Positions 60,278-62,771 of a DNA stretch of 62,771 nucleotides are shown in pieces. The stretch comes from Candidatus Omnitrophota bacterium (GTDB taxonomy: Bacteria; Omnitrophota; Gorgyraeia; DAOVKU01), in contig JBDRBQ010000111.1 in NCBI GenBank assembly GCA_043822625.1, positions 1 to 62,771 of the forward strand, in the 5' to 3' direction. The stretch's first letter is position 1; the number at the start of each line of letters is the position of its first letter. The position numbers and the translations under genes are program-made. The notes under the pieces are model-generated. The model did no database searches, had not been told where the DNA came from, and worked only from the letters and a program-made list of their open reading frames with translations.

Positions 60278-60540
60278 TATTTTGTCGCGATATTGATTGC
60301 GGTAAAAATAGGGCATTAAAAGCAAATAAAGCCTCTATAAAGCCAACAAAATCTTATTGATAAATAAGAAGTTATATGTTAATATTAATTATATAAGAAA
60401 TAAGAAAACGGTTTCTTTTTTTGTCTGGTTCAGGATTGAGAAAGACGCGGTTATATTTTTTCGCGGTGTTGTTTGTTTTTGATCAATCCTGAAACAAAAA
60501 TGGTTTGCATAAGGATATTTATAAACCAAAGAGGTGTTTT

Positions 60541-62771
60541 ATGGAAACTAAAGCACGAACTTCTGAAAATATGCCTTTAATGTTTAGAAGGCGGAAAAAA
60601 GGAAAAATAAAAGCAGTTGCTACGGGTGTATTTTTTATGGCAGCTGTTTTTTTGTTTTTCGCGGGGCAAGTTCTTGGGGATGAAAATGGTATGGTTATAC
60701 AAACTACCAAAGGGCAAGACATGGTTTCTCCTGAGGTATACGCGACTCTTGAAGGGGTACAGCAGGTAAAGGAAAAACAGCAAAGATATATCGAAAATAT
60801 CAATAAATCGCAGAATGGCGAAGATGATAATTTAATTTATCGTCATAATTTAGACGGAAGTTTTAGTATAACGGATAAAAAGGAAGGGATGTTTTCTCTT
60901 TTTGATAAAACAGGTAAAGCAATTTCTTGTGTAGACGTAAAAACCGGTGAAAAAATAGAATTCAACACGGAGGGTAAAATAGAAGCGGTAGAAGAAGCGG
61001 ATGGTTCAAGAACCGAATATTTATACGATAAAGAAGGAGAGGTTTTAGATGTACTAAAATATGACAAAGACGGCAAAACAAAGGACGAATCCGAAGAGAT
61101 AACGGAAAGAATAGATGTAGCGAAAGAAACAAAAGCGCTTCTGCAAAAAGAAGAGAAAAAAGAAACTTTGGTTATTAAGGGAGAAAACGCGGGGATAGCT
61201 AATTTAGAAGCAGAGGAAAATATAATAGAAAAAGTGCTTTCTGTCATTGAAGAACTTTCTATTTTTGCCAAGGATGCTTTTATAAAAGTGAGTTCTTGGT
61301 TGCAGACGCAGATTGATAATGTAATTAACTGCGCGGTAAAGGCGCTGGAAAATATAATAGGTTTCCAGTCACCCCATGCCTACCGGCAGGCAGGAGTCAC
61401 CAGTCACCAGTCAATAGAAGAATTGGCGCAAGAAACTCTGCTCGCGGATATATTAGGCGGGGTGATAGATGAGAATACGCGGGGCAAATTAGAGACCTCG
61501 ATGTATGCCATAAAAGAAGCCGCATTACAAAACGGCATAGAATTAAGCGGCATAAAAGTTGATTATAATCAGTTATTTGATTTTTACCATTCACCATTCA
61601 CTATTCACTATTCACCATATATAATTTGTCACTTAAGTGCCGGACATTATATAGTAGTTACCAATGTGGCGGAAAACGGAGTTAGTTATATTGATTCCGA
61701 GGGGAATGAAAATACGATAAGTAAAGAAGTTTTTATAGGCGCGTGGAGCGGAAATGTTTTGTTGCCGCTTAGCTGGTTATCGGGTGAACGGGGCAAGGAG
61801 TTAACGGATGAAGAATTAAAGAGTATTAAAGGAAGCGGAACAACCTATAACTGTAATTTTGACGACGGTACATCTCCCGGAGAAAACGGTTTTACAGTTG
61901 GCGCGACTGGAGAGGGCAGTGTCATAGTGGAAGAGGATGCCGAGCATGGCGGTTATTCGGCGAAGCTTTGGGGTAACGAAAGCCATGATAGTGTTGTTTC
62001 TATGGAAAAGATTTTTATATTGGAAGAAGCAGGAGAAGTAAATTTTTACTGGAAGGTTTCATCTGAGGAAGATTATGATTATCTTAAATTTTATATAGAT
62101 GATGTAGAGCAGGTTAAGATATCAGGCGAAGTTGATTGGGAAAGTAGAAGTTATGATTTGAGCGCGGGAGAACATATTTTGAAATGGATGTATGAAAAAG
62201 ACGGCAGTGATAGTGAAGGTTCTGATGCCGGCTGGATAGATGATATAAATGTAACAGGAAACGCGGCCGAAGAAGAGCTGGTTTCTGACGATGTAATTGT
62301 TGAAACAGGTGATTATATCGGAGTTAAATACACCGGATATTTAGAAGACGGAAGTGTGTTTGATTCTAATGAAGATTCAGAAGATTTTTTATATTTCACC
62401 GTAGGTTCGGGAGAAATGATAGAAGGTTTTGATGAGTCGGTTATAGGGCTTTTGCTGGGAGAAAAAATAACGGTTACCATTCCTCCTGAGAAGGCTTATG
62501 GCCTTGAAGGAGAGCATGAGTTAGCGGGGAAAACGCTGATATTTGATATACAGGTAATGGAAATTAACGATCAACAGACAGCGGAAACCGTAGAAGAATT
62601 TTATTTCGACGACGGTGTTTCACCTGAGGGAAACGGTTTTACGGTTGAGGCAACCGGAGATGGAGATGTTTTACTGGAGGAGGACGGGGCAACCGGATAT
62701 TCCGTGAAAATTTGGGGTAACGACAGCCATGACAGTGTTACCTCCATGGAAAAGGTTTTTATATTAGGGCA
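60541..62771 (+). CDS. Large secreted/anchored multidomain protein (YD-like repeats, papain/C39-like peptidase, duplicated beta-sandwich module, FKBP PPIase), 3'-truncated
   Basis: It is absent from the ORF track because there is no stop in the window. I translated frame 1 from ATG 60541 to the window end without meeting a stop. Signal anchor (VATGVFFMAAVFLFFAG). EYLYDKEGEVLDVLKYDKDGK. Cys context DNVINCAVKAL and His context SAGHYIVVT. FKBP block GVKYTGYLEDGSVFDS...GEMIEGFDE...PPEKAYG. The module FDDG.SP..NGFTV...WGN.SHDSV.SMEK occurs twice. Confidence 0.75.
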   Translation, partial: METKARTSENMPLMFRRRKKGKIKAVATGVFFMAAVFLFFAGQVLGDENGMVIQTTKGQDMVSPEVYATLEGVQQVKEKQQRYIENINKSQNGEDDNLIYRHNLDGSFSITDKKEGMFSLFDKTGKAISCVDVKTGEKIEFNTEGKIEAVEEADGSRTEYLYDKEGEVLDVLKYDKDGKTKDESEEITERIDVAKETKALLQKEEKKETLVIKGENAGIANLEAEENIIEKVLSVIEELSIFAKDAFIKVSSWLQTQIDNVINCAVKALENIIGFQSPHAYRQAGVTSHQSIEELAQETLLADILGGVIDENTRGKLETSMYAIKEAALQNGIELSGIKVDYNQLFDFYHSPFTIHYSPYIICHLSAGHYIVVTNVAENGVSYIDSEGNENTISKEVFIGAWSGNVLLPLSWLSGERGKELTDEELKSIKGSGTTYNCNFDDGTSPGENGFTVGATGEGSVIVEEDAEHGGYSAKLWGNESHDSVVSMEKIFILEEAGEVNFYWKVSSEEDYDYLKFYIDDVEQVKISGEVDWESRSYDLSAGEHILKWMYEKDGSDSEGSDAGWIDDINVTGNAAEEELVSDDVIVETGDYIGVKYTGYLEDGSVFDSNEDSEDFLYFTVGSGEMIEGFDESVIGLLLGEKITVTIPPEKAYGLEGEHELAGKTLIFDIQVMEINDQQTAETVEEFYFDDGVSPEGNGFTVEATGDGDVLLEEDGATGYSVKIWGNDSHDSVTSMEKVFILG

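Noticed and set aside
60428-60496. An 11-bp inverted repeat TTCAGGATTGA / TCAATCCTGAA with a loop of about 40 nt upstream of the last gene, considered as a regulatory RNA or operator.
   Set aside because: It is a single occurrence with no recognisable motif class, and I cannot distinguish it from the generic palindromes common in these spacers.

Overview
Gene-dense 62.8 kb window from a low-GC bacterium. My guess, which is low confidence and cannot be tested here, is an uncultivated candidate-phylum lineage, based on the TPR-rich proteins and many short GC-rich palindromes. All but two CDS are on the + strand. The backbone is core metabolism centred on glutamine and pyrimidines: a 5'-truncated endonuclease Q gene, pyrK-pyrD-pyrF-pyrE, a small sigma-like gene, amt-glnK-glnA, a Fis-type HTH gene, gltB-gltD, then carA-carB-pyrG and tRNA-Leu(GAG). 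Two visibly AT-richer accessory insertions interrupt it. (i) 14.5-18.9 kb holds an AAA+/DUF4143 ATPase, a DUF262-DUF1524 (GmrSD/BrxU-like) nuclease and a Cys-rich unknown. (ii) 25.2-27.1 kb, directly 3' of the tRNA, holds a tight three-gene operon of unknowns. The second half carries small housekeeping and repair genes (HIT, archaemetzincin, NYN/YacP, EndoIII-related, DUF4416, DUF523, family-4 UDG). It also carries a PriA homologue whose helicase motifs look degenerate, two large TPR proteins on the minus strand, and an envelope/glycolipid cluster (four unknown membrane/secreted proteins, DUF3108, 3-4 glycosyltransferases, a methyltransferase, gmhB, an MGDG-synthase-like GT). An Opp/Dpp-type ABC operon is split by a RAYT/IS200-like HUH transposase flanked by 20-bp perfect inverted repeats. 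Next comes a PilZ-TM-MFP (Alg44-like) adaptor with two tandem RND permeases. The window ends in a 3'-truncated large secreted protein with YD-like repeats, a papain/C39-like peptidase, a duplicated beta-sandwich module and an FKBP domain. Several families of short palindromic or tandem repeats are scattered through intergenic spacers and even inside coding sequence. I saw no rRNA, CRISPR array or prophage. The best candidates for an undescribed system are the tRNA-adjacent three-gene operon, the ATPase/GmrSD-like/Cys-rich island, and the PilZ-adaptor RND module with the adjacent repeat-bearing secreted protease. All functional calls rest on motif recognition by eye; no searches were run.
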